Shown here piece by piece: positions 34,164 through 44,766 of a stretch of 64,000 nt of DNA (its first letter is position 1; every line of letters starts with the position of its first letter). Source of the stretch: Cladosporium halotolerans (lineage: Eukaryota). Position numbers and translations under genes: made by a program. Location: the NCBI RefSeq assembly GCF_011745625.1, contig NW_027191460.1, positions 310,001 through 374,000 on the forward strand, given 5' to 3'. The notes below the pieces were generated by a model, which saw nothing but the letters and a program-made list of their open reading frames with translations, ran no database searches and was not told where the DNA came from.

Positions 34164-34759
34164 GGAAATGTGAAAATAATCATATGCTTAGTCGAAAGTC
34201 GAGGGAGAGGCTATGAATGCTTCCTTCCAGCGATGTCTATTAGCACTGCCTACCTGTGGGTGTCACGCGCGTTGGTGACGTGTAGACTCTGTTGCCGCAG
34301 TACGTCGGTACGCCGCAGGCACGCAGCTGTGAATAATGTCGACAGGATAAGCGCGAGATGAATGATCCTGGCGATACGCCATGATGATGAATGACAGCTT
34401 GGCAGGCGCAGCGGGCTGCCTGCTGCTCGGCTCGGATGAAGTCGAAGCCGGGGCTCGGAGTGAACATCACTTGCTTGCAAGCTCCACTCCTCAGTGAGAG
34501 AAGCTTATTGAATAGAGGTTATTCGAACAAATATAGAAGTCGCAGTCACCGAGGAATTTTCGACTATTCAGATGACTTGAACGGCTACATAAGCGTGGCC
34601 GTAAAACAATCAGTCCCAATGACGGCTGGATGTCTACCACAACGAATTCGACCCATCACCCGATTCCCATCACCGCTCCTTCCAACGCACGACCAGGACG
34701 CTAGCGAATGAAGCCTCTACCACAGCGGTAATTCCTTTCAACGCTGTACGCCTTCGATC

Positions 34760-36076
34760 TCATTGATCCTCCCGAATCTCGCCCTCTTCCAGCTCGCTCT
34801 CCTCGTCCATGTGGTAGTCGGCGCGCGCAAAACCTAGTCTCATGCGATCTGGGACAGCAGCAGATGGCGAGCGCCCACGTTCGGTTTGATTCACGTCCGA
34901 AAGGCTTCCGTCGGAATTCGCATTTCCTGGACGCGATGGTGCTTGTGACGGGTGCTCTGGAGACTCCATGTCGACGTCCTGCATATCCGGATACAAGCTT
35001 TCATCAAGCACGAACCAATTCTCAAGAGCCGCTCGGACTTCAGGCCTGTGCGGGCGCGACAGCTCACAGTCTTCGTGGAACAGCCTGCGAAAGAAGCCAT
35101 TCTGGTTCGCCTCCACGTCCTCCCAGACCGCAAGCAACAAACGTGTCGCAAACTTGTACGGCTCATGGCTGGCCTGCTCTTCTCTGCTGAATTTCGCGAA
35201 GAAATCGAAGTCGTTCACTTCTGCGTTTCCATTGAAGATGCGAATGGCGAAACCGGCCATCCTATACAAGAGCTGCGTCGACTGGTACTGTGTCGCAGGA
35301 ACGCCGCGAGCGGCAAAGCCGGCAATCAACGCGACTTCGTGGTTCCACGGCTTATCACGCCTGGAGAATGTTCGCTGTACTTGTCTGTAGAGCTTCTGGC
35401 TTTCGTCGTCCGGATTGAGCCACATAAAAGCCCATTGCTTTAATATCGGTAATACCCTGGCACTCATAGCGAATCGCACCAGTTCGACTTCCGGCAGCCT
35501 GAATTCACCGTCTCGGCTTCGGATAATGCTGAGGTCCACGCGAGGTAATATGATCGGTTTGCTCCCTGGCACGCGAAAGTTTTCTTCCTCCGCTGCTGGT
35601 ACCTTCCTGTCTCCGATTGTGTACTCTTTACCCTTACGCCTGACGATTTTCATGTAGAAGCGAGGCGCATCGCCAATTTCCATCTTCGGACCAGGATCGC
35701 GGATCTCCAGACCTTTCCCAAGATTCGGCAGCCGTACCTCTCGCGACTCGCTCGCCCTCAGCTCTTGAACTTCCTCCATAGCACTGTCGCCAGTCCCGGC
35801 CTCTCCACCCAGCCTTCCAGCCCCATCCCTCTCTTCCCCTGGTGCCTCATCTCCGCCCTCGCTGCTTTCCTCGTCGAACTCTGCAAATTTGCGCTTACCT
35901 CTAGTGATGCGACTGTCTCTTCGAACCGGCGAAGCCGACCGCGAGGACTCCTGCTCCTGCTGTTCCAATCTGGCTTGAGCTGCGGTCTTCGCGGCCCTGC
36001 GCGGGCGTCGCGATCGTGGCGGATCGCTCTCGTACTGGGCGGTGACTCTCGACCGTGTCTGCGGTGGGAACGACAT
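34760..36076 (-). CDS. Hypothetical protein (438 aa), possibly nuclear
   Basis: Long ORF with acaATG, charged disordered termini with NLS-like RGKRKF, and a helical-looking core. No family recognised. Confidence 0.65.
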   Translation of the reverse strand: MSFPPQTRSRVTAQYESDPPRSRRPRRAAKTAAQARLEQQEQESSRSASPVRRDSRITRGKRKFAEFDEESSEGGDEAPGEERDGAGRLGGEAGTGDSAMEEVQELRASESREVRLPNLGKGLEIRDPGPKMEIGDAPRFYMKIVRRKGKEYTIGDRKVPAAEEENFRVPGSKPIILPRVDLSIIRSRDGEFRLPEVELVRFAMSARVLPILKQWAFMWLNPDDESQKLYRQVQRTFSRRDKPWNHEVALIAGFAARGVPATQYQSTQLLYRMAGFAIRIFNGNAEVNDFDFFAKFSREEQASHEPYKFATRLLLAVWEDVEANQNGFFRRLFHEDCELSRPHRPEVRAALENWFVLDESLYPDMQDVDMESPEHPSQAPSRPGNANSDGSLSDVNQTERGRSPSAAVPDRMRLGFARADYHMDEESELEEGEIREDQ

Positions 36077-36721
36077 TGTGCGCTGATCGCGGTAATTGAT
36101 GAAAGAAAGGATGCGTCGATGTCGTGGTGCTGTTCGTAGGGTGTTTGATGCAACGATGTTGGGTAGGTTGGGTGAATGCCTTTTGTTGCTGCGTTTTGCG
36201 ATGGTGTGTGTTCAGATGCTGTGTAGAGGTCACATGGCCGGGCTGTCACATGTCAGGTGAATTCACCTGAAGGTGGAGCTGTCTTCACTCTCTCTCTCGA
36301 GGTTTGAGAACAGAGACATGGCTGCAATTGCCATGGCTGCTGTGCGCTGCCTACAATATTGAGGGCAGTTGCAGAGGACGATGAAGCGAGGAAGGAGGGC
36401 TAGCTGTCACTTTGACGCTTTGATGAGTCCCGCTATTATGAACGCACGCCAAAGGGAGCAACTGTTTCAATGCTTTTATCGATCTCCCGGCGACGAATTC
36501 CGCGTGATATTGGTGGTGACTTGTAGCACCTTGCTCAAGTTGCCTTCAAGTTGATGAAGTCGTCCAGCACACGATCAATGAAGGCGATAGACATAACAAA
36601 ATAGGCGATCACTATAATTGAGGAAGCCTAGATAATAATGCACAGTTTCCTACGTCCGTTTCCAATGCCTAAACCACCTAATGCTGTCGTAACGAATGGT
36701 TGAAGGTGCGAGAACCTGTGA

Positions 36722-36734
36722 TTAGGGTTAGGGT
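36722..36734. repeat. Short interstitial telomeric-type motif TTAGGGTTAGGGT
   Basis: Seen directly, intergenic. Confidence 0.5.
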
Positions 36735-36970
36735 TGGGGTAAGTTGGAGAAAATCTCGAGACCTCCAAGGTCTCCGTATCTCTCCTTGAGAGTAGGATGC
36801 ATACATCATGTAAAGGCTGCTTTAAGTTTCAAAGCGCGTGGTTGCAGTTGACTGCTACTTCCTCATCATCATCATCGGAAAAGTTCGGCCAAAAGCGAAC
36901 TTGCCGTGGTCATCAAGGTCAAGGAAACGTTTTTGTCTATCTAGATGTGTATATTATAGCCGGCTTCACT

Positions 36971-37940
36971 TCATGAAGGCTTGTAATACTGCCTCCAGTC
37001 ATGCTCATCCTTGAAGCCAAGCACATCTCTGATCTTCTTGTTGCTCAATGGCGCCTCCCATTCCTCCATCTCCCTCGTCAAAGGCGTGTTCGGCGCCACC
37101 TCCTTCAAGAATTGCTTCGTCGGCACCTTAGTCGTGATAAAGCTGTTGGTTGCATTGAAGATCTGGAACCCGAGCCCCGACTTCTGAATCGCACGATCAC
37201 ACATCTGGCCCAAGTCGCGCGCGTCGATGTACGACCAAGCATTGCGCTTCCGCGTCATGGGCTCATTGACGTGCGTCGGGAAATCCCTCTCGTACTCATG
37301 CGGCTCGACGACGTTACCAACGCGGAAGACGTAAATGTCGTTGCCGTACCTACGCGCGAAGGTGCGTGCCGTCTTCTCGCCGCAGATCTTGCTCAGCGCG
37401 TACGAGTCCATGGGGTCGACGTCGTAGTCTTCCTCCAGCGGGAAGCTGTGGTACTCGGTGTCGCCCTCGCTGAAGCAGACGCCGTACGTCGTCTCGCTCG
37501 AGGCCGTGATGATCTTCTTCACGCCGAGCTTGGAGGCCGCCTCGATCACGTTGTAGGTCGCCGTGACGTTGCCGCGGAAGCACTCGTTGTCTGGGACCAG
37601 CATGTTGCGCGCGTAGGCGGCAAAATGGATCACGACGTCGGGCGGGCCTTCGGGCGCGCCGGTTTCGTAGCCAGCGAAGTTGTAGTGTGTCGTCAGGGCG
37701 TTGAAGACTTGCCCGGACTGGGTGAGGTCGGTTTTGAGGGTGAAGACGCCTGCATTGGGGTCCGGGAAGTCCACGAGGTCGAGGTTTAGCACCTGGTGGA
37801 GAGTGGTTAGTTGCGATCACGGATCAATGCAAGAATTTACTGCTCACTTTATGGCCGCGCTTGATCAATTCAGGGATGACATGGCGTCCAGCTTTTCCAC
37901 TTCCGCCTGTGAAGACGATTCTCTTGCCGCCAGAAGCCAT
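36971..37940 (-). CDS. NAD-dependent epimerase/dehydratase, extended SDR (intron 37793-37847)
   Basis: KRIVFTGGSGKAGRHV Rossmann motif, VVIHFAA, ASSETTYG, YALSK (YxxxK) and WSYIDARDLG. Confidence 0.92.
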
Positions 37941-39451
37941 TGTGAAGGAGCGTCGCGCAGCACTTGCGTGGTTGGTCAATTTGGGTGAGATGCGTTGTGC
38001 ACACACACGTTGCATAGCCTAGGAGAAAAAAAAAGAATACTTTTAAAGGCTACGGGGTCGTCTCAAGTAAAATCGCTGCTCTCTGCAAGGTGTTGTTCAC
38101 CTTCCTGTTGAAGGACCCGCGACGTCACCATGTCGATCCCCTCTCCGGCACTTTCACAGGTACCTTAACATGTAGGCGAGCAATCAGCCTGAAGTCCTCA
38201 AGCTCCACACTTTTCAAATCCAAAGCGACAGACACCCACCATACCTTCGACAGTGTAAATACTTAAACTTTGCAAATGCCCACCATTTGCGAGGTCTACC
38301 CTACATCGTAGCCTCATCGCACGGCCTAAAGTGAATCCGGAGCTTCAGCGACGACACAAACCTTGCTCAACGGCTCTCACCACTCCGCGATATGCGGCCC
38401 ACGGGGTTGTGTCGCTCCACTTCGACTGCAGCTTGCGGCACACCGGCAGAGAGACGCGTGTTAAAGATATCGCCACCGCAGCTCATGTTCTCGCACGAGG
38501 ATGATGGTGTGGTTCTTCGCTGGCGAGAAGCACAGAAGTACTACCCTTGAACCACGGCACCACGGTTCGTGGGCAAAGTGTAAAGTTTTAAACGAACCCC
38601 CAGCCATCAATTTGAAAGGCATTGCGTCTGACGAGCCCGGCATTCGGGATCCTGGGCTGCGGTATACGGTACGGCTCACACGACCGCGCCTCATCCGATC
38701 GATGACAGCATTCCCATGCGCCAGGTGGGGCGTGCAGGGCGATCGACGCCACCTCTCCGCAGATTGACAGAACCAAACTCTTGCGATGGCGCAACGGTTT
38801 GGATTTAATTCGCCGAAGCGGCTGGAGCTCTGCACCCGCCGAACATTTTCTCTGCAGAAACATACACCTTCCCTGTCGCTCATGCAAGGCGTGGTTGCTC
38901 AGCGAATATGCATGACCGCAGGAGCTGTCGACTGGCTGCATTTCTGCGCTGCTGAGCTTCGTAGCCCTATCCCCACGGCACCGAGTGTGTGATCTGCGCC
39001 CAGATCTTCGTTCTTTGATCTTACTTCAGGCGTACCCAGTGCGTCACTACTCGCCTCACGCCGGTGCTAGCCCATGAAAGATCTACGCTAGAGGTCTATT
39101 GCGGACGCGGCCATGGTGGGTGAACGACTTTTATGCTTTTGTGAGCCTTTGCTAGCTGCGGCTTGTGGTGAAAAGTGAATGTGCGTTCTGTCGCACATAT
39201 CACGTCTGTTCCTGTCGTCCTGAAACACTTCGTTACTCCTTTACTTTCGACTCTTAGCGCAATTTGTTACGACGTTGGAGCGGCCGAGGTCTGAGGAAGT
39301 AATCTAGCTGGGAGACACCACGAGGCTGAGAGTTACGCACCACATCTGAAGGAGCCGACCTGAGGAAGCACTTCTCTTCGCCGGTGCTCGCTCCAGGACC
39401 GACAAACGACACCGAAACAACCCAGTCGCATCGCCGCCACATACAATCAAT

Positions 39452-40813
39452 ATGAATTCGGATAGGGCAGGGCCTTCAGGCCGTTTCCTGAACCTGCCGT
39501 TCATGCGCAAAAGAGACCACTCGAAGAGGGAGCTACACCTACCTCTGGTCGGATACCTACCTAACAGAGCGCGCAACCATTTCGTTGCCATGATCGGAGA
39601 GTGAGTATCGGAGAATTGTGACCGTTGACCAGCGGAGCCTTGCTAACCACAACCTCTGACCAGATTCGTCGGCACCTTCCTATTCCTCTTTTTCGCATTC
39701 TCCGCAACCCAGGTCGCCAACGCAGCGGCGGCTGGGTCCGGGTCGTCCGATGGCGGTCTGTCGCAAGTGCCCAACGCGAGCACACTCCTGTACATCTCGT
39801 TGGCCTTTGGCTTCAGTCTGGCAGTCAACGCGTGGGTCTTCTTCCGAGTCTCGGGAGGGCTGTTCAATCCGGCAGTCACGTTTGGCATGGCGTTGATCGG
39901 GGCGGTGGGATGGGTGCGCGCTGGGCTGGTGTTCATATCACAAATACTGGCGTCAATGGCGTCTGCGGGTGTGGTCCAGGCAATGTTTCCGGGACCCATG
40001 AACGTTTCGACGACTCTCGGAGGAGGTACTTCGATTGCTCAAGGACTGTGTGAGTCGAGCTTGCGAATGCTGAGCTGAAAGGAGGGCGCTTGCTGATTGT
40101 GTGATAGTCATTGAGATGTTCCTCACGGCCCAGCTCGTGATCACGATCTTCTTGCTTGCTGCTGAGAAGCACAAGGGAACCTTCCTGGCGCCGGTTGGTA
40201 TTGGGCTTTCCCTGTTCATTGCGGAGCTTTCGGGAGTCTTCTTCACAGGCGGTAAGTGTTGTCCTATCGCGGCGAGATTGTTGCAAGTTGAGCTGACCTC
40301 ACAAACACAGGATCTCTCAACCCCGCGCGATCCTTCGGACCCTGCGTTGTGCTGCACACCTTCCCAGGATATCACTGGATCTACTGGGTTGGACCAATGC
40401 TTGGATCCATAGTCGCGGTCCTATTCTACCGCCTGATCAAGATTCTCGAGTACGAGACCGCGAACCCGGGTCAAGACTTCAACCAGGCGGAGGCAGAGGT
40501 GTTCGAGTTCGACGAGGACAACGCGGCGAGAGGTACGGACGTGCTCCCTCCCACGCAAGAGGACATGCGCGTCCTATCAATGTCCTCGCGAGAGATGGAC
40601 CAGGTCCCTGGGGACGGTGGAAGGACAGATGACACAATCGATGAGCGGCTTCGCGAGTCATCGGGCAGCAGGAAACCAGACTCTCTACGCAACAACACTG
40701 CAGAGCACCGCTCGAACGGGCCCGCAGCTCATTCGTACCGCACTGCGCCTGACGCCGAGCGAGGCGAGCTGGGAGGTCGGTACACCGTTTCCGGCCTTAG
40801 GTCGGCTTCTTAG
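39452..40813 (+). CDS. AQY1: Orthodox fungal aquaporin, MIP family (4 exons: 39452-39600, 39664-40049, 40108-40251, 40311-40813)
   Basis: RNHFVAMIGEFVGTFLFLFF, SGGLFNPAVT, GSLNPARSFGP (second NPA formed after splicing) and HWIYWVGP. Confidence 0.93.
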
Positions 40814-42373
40814 TCGCGCGAGCAATGGAACATTCCGTCTGAGATCCCACCCGCGAGATCCCCTTCGATGCGATTAATAACAATCACCGCAAGGCTGTGC
40901 CCGCGATCGTGCGCTGCGATTCTCTAGCCTCCCCGCTGCTTTCCTCGCGTTATCGACCGTTGCCACTGCTCGACGCAGGACCGGCGCATGGGTGGTGCCG
41001 TGGCCCGGCACGAGTCAAAGGGAGGCTAATTCTGACAGTCTGGTGGGCCGCACGGCTCGCGCTTAGGATGGCCAGTGCCTTGTGGAGGAAGGGGAACGCC
41101 TGCGAGCTGGGCGCTCCTGGGCGAAGGCGGCTCTGCAAGATTGTTGAATTGCCAGAAAAGAACGGGCAGACCGGGGCTTCGCGTGATATCATAGTCGAGC
41201 GCAGATATGCGCGAACGGCAGACTTCAAGCGCTGATATGCGTGATACCAGACCTCGTATAGGTCGACAAGCCATGTGGCTAAGACAACAGCCGCGAGCCG
41301 TTTCCCCTATCGTTCCCCGGATGCGGCTGATTGGGATCGGCCCTGCGCCCTCTTCGAACACGAGGCGAAGAGTTATGGGACGCTGCAGAACATGTGCAGA
41401 ACGCGTGTCGGTGGGCAGGCGTGTGGTATGCGAACAGTGGTTGACGGCGAAAAGCTCCGTAGCACACGTCAACTCGTGAGGGTCGCTTGTCAAAAAAGCC
41501 CCGGTGCCGGGTGAGGCGCGGCTGTGGTTGGCTGTGGCTTTGCGGGACGACGCCGGCCCGCCCAAGGTTTTGTCTTGCCCCTTAGCCCTACAGCGACCAC
41601 ACACCACGCACCACGCGGCGACAGGCACACTCGACTACCTGACTTTCCACCGAGCGCTAGCGATCCTTAGGCGCGCAAATATGCTCGCTCGGTAATACTG
41701 TGGGCGTCGCAAGCGCCGTCAGGATCACGTACGGCCGCACAGGATGGCTGCTGTCCGATTTTGCATGTTGTAAAACAGCAGCCCGACGTCTCGCAGCGGC
41801 AATCCAACAACTGGAATTGTAAGACTTGGCTGGGTTCGAGCCGCCGCCGATCATTTTGCAGAGCGTTGGCGGCTCTTGATCTAACGCTGTGAAGCGACTG
41901 TAACGAAATTTCCTGCTGCTGATCTGTGAACGTTGTTCGCTAGGGCTGCCCATCAACAACTCCCCCGAGGCCCGAGCACGTCCCTTCTATAGGTCAGGGA
42001 GCAGCCGCATTCGCGCGCAAGACTCAGGATCTACTGCTAAGACTTCGGTACCTGGCGATCAAAGGAGACCGTGCGAGGCTATCGCTGCCGCGTGCGTTAT
42101 CCCACCGAAGCGGATACTAAATCGTTCTCCCGTGTCTTTCTGCATGTATTGGTGCTGCCTTCTCGGAGCGCGAGGTATCCGCCAGGCTGCCCTGGTTCAA
42201 GACAACCTAATAATAAAAGGTTTACTTACGACTCTGTACACTCGCTTTCCTTTCTGCTGTCGATTGCCGTTCACTCTTTACTGCGGTCGTTCCCTTTCAC
42301 CAGTCACTCACTACTCTCTCTATCTACGATACCCCTCTAATCCAACTAACCACATTCTTTTGAATTAATAATA

Positions 42374-43594
42374 ATGCGTTCTTCTACTATCATGGCAGCC
42401 CTCGGGGCCGCCTTGTCCGTCCGGGCTGCCGACATCGACTTCGAAGGTCTTCCGGATACTGGACTTGACACTTCCGCTTGGACCGCTGGGGAGAACCCTC
42501 CCATTGATGACATGGTCGATGCCAATGACTTCCAGTTTGCAGCTAAGAACAAGCTGAACGGTCGCCGCTACGCCTACTACCGCACCGCAGCCCTCGACGA
42601 GATCACTTACGAGCGGAACATGCACGACTGGGAGAAACTCCGCATGAACGGCTTCGCTTTCAACGATGTCTCCAACCTTTATAAGAACACCAGCATCCTC
42701 GGCTACGAGTTTGCCTCACCTTTCTTCATTGCTCCTGCCGCTAAAGCAGGATATACCGACGACGGGGCCGAGACAAACCTTGTCAAAGCTGCGGGTGACG
42801 AGAACATCCTCTACGTCCCCTCCATCTCAGCATCGCTCAGCATTGAGGAGATCGGCGCCGCGAAGCGTGACGGCCAGATCATGTTCCACCAGCAGTACAT
42901 CTGGTCCGACAAAGACCGTCTGCGCGAAGAGCTCAAGCGTATGGAGGACTCCGGCTTCCACGCCGTCTTCCTGACCGTCGACAACACCGGTGTCGAGGGC
43001 GTGCGCCCCCGCTACGACCGCTACAGAACCTCTGGCGGCACCAGCCACGCCGACGACAACACCATCTCCGCCATCAACGAACTCCGCCAGATGACCTCTC
43101 TCCCCATCGTCCCCAAGGGCGTCAAGACCGCCCACGACGTCAAGCTCTGTGCCGAGCTCGGCTTCCCCGCCGTCTACATTTCCAACCACGGCGGCCGCCA
43201 GGTCGACCTGGGCCCGACGGCCATCGAGATCCTGCTCGACCTGCACCGCGACTACCCAGAGGTCTTCGGACAGATTGAGATCTACGCCGACGGCGGCGTG
43301 CGCCACGCCTCGCACATCCTGGCCCTCATCTCGCTCGGCGTGACGGCCGTAGGCGTCGGCCGCCCCTTCTACTTCGCCAACATCTACGGCCAGGACGGCA
43401 TCGCCAAGCTCATCGACATCTTCAACACCGAGCTCGACACCACCATGAAGCTGATGGGCGAGGCCGACATCCGTGGAATGCGCGGCAACGCCACTTTCAC
43501 CAACACCAAGAAGGTTGAGCTCGACTACTTCGGCGCTCCTCTTCCGAACGACATCTCCACTTCTGTCTACAGCATCCCTGAGCCGCTCTACTAG
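42374..43594 (+). CDS. FMN-dependent alpha-hydroxy acid oxidase/dehydrogenase with an N-terminal signal peptide (406 aa)
   Basis: YAYYRTAA, PFFIAPA, FHQQY, FLTVD, PKGV, SNHGGRQVD, ADGGVR and GVGRPF. N-terminus MRSSTIMAALGAALSVRA. No cytochrome b5 domain. Confidence 0.9.
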   Translation: MRSSTIMAALGAALSVRAADIDFEGLPDTGLDTSAWTAGENPPIDDMVDANDFQFAAKNKLNGRRYAYYRTAALDEITYERNMHDWEKLRMNGFAFNDVSNLYKNTSILGYEFASPFFIAPAAKAGYTDDGAETNLVKAAGDENILYVPSISASLSIEEIGAAKRDGQIMFHQQYIWSDKDRLREELKRMEDSGFHAVFLTVDNTGVEGVRPRYDRYRTSGGTSHADDNTISAINELRQMTSLPIVPKGVKTAHDVKLCAELGFPAVYISNHGGRQVDLGPTAIEILLDLHRDYPEVFGQIEIYADGGVRHASHILALISLGVTAVGVGRPFYFANIYGQDGIAKLIDIFNTELDTTMKLMGEADIRGMRGNATFTNTKKVELDYFGAPLPNDISTSVYSIPEPLY

Positions 43595-44082
43595 ATGCTT
43601 TGATTCGCTTGAGTGATCTGGCTGCTTGGAGGCTGTCAGCGCGTGAGCCAGTAACAGAATGGTTTGCCGCCGGGAGAGCCCGAGCGATGGGACTGGGTCG
43701 TATATTTCATTTCGTTGTTTGGTTTATGAAGCATCATGATCTTCATTTCGTATATCTATATTCTGTACATAAGCTTTTTTTGAACCAGATGTTCCAGAAC
43801 AGTGCCAGCCTCTCGTGCATTCATGACCGTATCACTGTTGCTCAGGCTAAGTCTTGATGTACCGCGCAAGGCACTATTTTCACGTAGTGCGCTCCGAATG
43901 TGAGAAAACCCCAGTGTTTGTTGGCTTGATTCGCCAAATGATACATGCATCATTGCATTGTCTTCACCCGTAATGTACAGCACCTACGCCAACCCTCGCC
44001 GGGGCAGGCAGAGCAGCGGTCATAATCGTACACACCCACAAAAGGGTCCTTCTCCATATACCACCTCTTGCCCAGGTCAAGC

Positions 44083-44766
44083 CTACTCTTTAACAGCCAC
44101 CTCTCCCTCCTCCCCCATCGGATCCCTCCAAAAAGCCCTCTCGACCCCCTTCGTCCGAATCTCCCAAACATCCTCCGAGCTCCCGAACTCCGCCTTCCGC
44201 TTCTCGTCCCTATCCCTATAATACTCCTTGATCACCTCCTGCTTGTCCGCCTCGCCGTACCCGCGCACGCGCATGCAGAACCAGAACGCGCCCCACTGCT
44301 CGCTGCAGCTGCGCAGCTGCCCGTGCCGGTAGATGTCGTTGAACTTGCCCCCGAGCGACTGGCAGTAGAAGGCCTGGTCGAACGCTTGCCGGCACGACAT
44401 GCTGCGCGGGAGCAGCGCCGAGGGCGTGATGTCGAGGCTGCCGTCGGGGTGGATGGCGCGGCCGGAGGCGTCGGTGTTGGGGTTTTGGGCGGGCGTGGGA
44501 GGAGTGGTTGTGGGAGAGGTTGTGGTGTCGGGGCTGGAGGGGTCAAGCGCCGGGGCGCCGATTTCTTTTAGAAAAGCATGGAGTTCGGTGTCGGCTTGTT
44601 CGTCGCGCGAGGGGGAGGAGCCGGAGTCTGGTCGCGGGCGGCCGAAGATGCGCTGGTGTTGCTCGTTGGTGAGGCTGAAGTCGCGTTTCGTGGGTTCGGG
44701 GGTTGTGTCGTTGGGTGCGGAGGTTGTGGGCGATGGGTCGCTGGAGGAGAATGGCCACCAGCCCAT
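44083..44766 (-). CDS. EMI1: Emi1-like (DUF3128) twin-Cys protein
   Basis: MSCRQAFDQAFYCQSLGGKFNDIYRHGQLRSCSEQWGAFWFCMR…SSEDVWEIR. Confidence 0.88.
   Translation of the reverse strand: MGWWPFSSSDPSPTTSAPNDTTPEPTKRDFSLTNEQHQRIFGRPRPDSGSSPSRDEQADTELHAFLKEIGAPALDPSSPDTTTSPTTTPPTPAQNPNTDASGRAIHPDGSLDITPSALLPRSMSCRQAFDQAFYCQSLGGKFNDIYRHGQLRSCSEQWGAFWFCMRVRGYGEADKQEVIKEYYRDRDEKRKAEFGSSEDVWEIRTKGVERAFWRDPMGEEGEVAVKE

Noticed and set aside
41790..41860. GGTTCGAG, resembling a tRNA T-loop
   Set aside because: No T-stem, acceptor stem or D-arm pairing.
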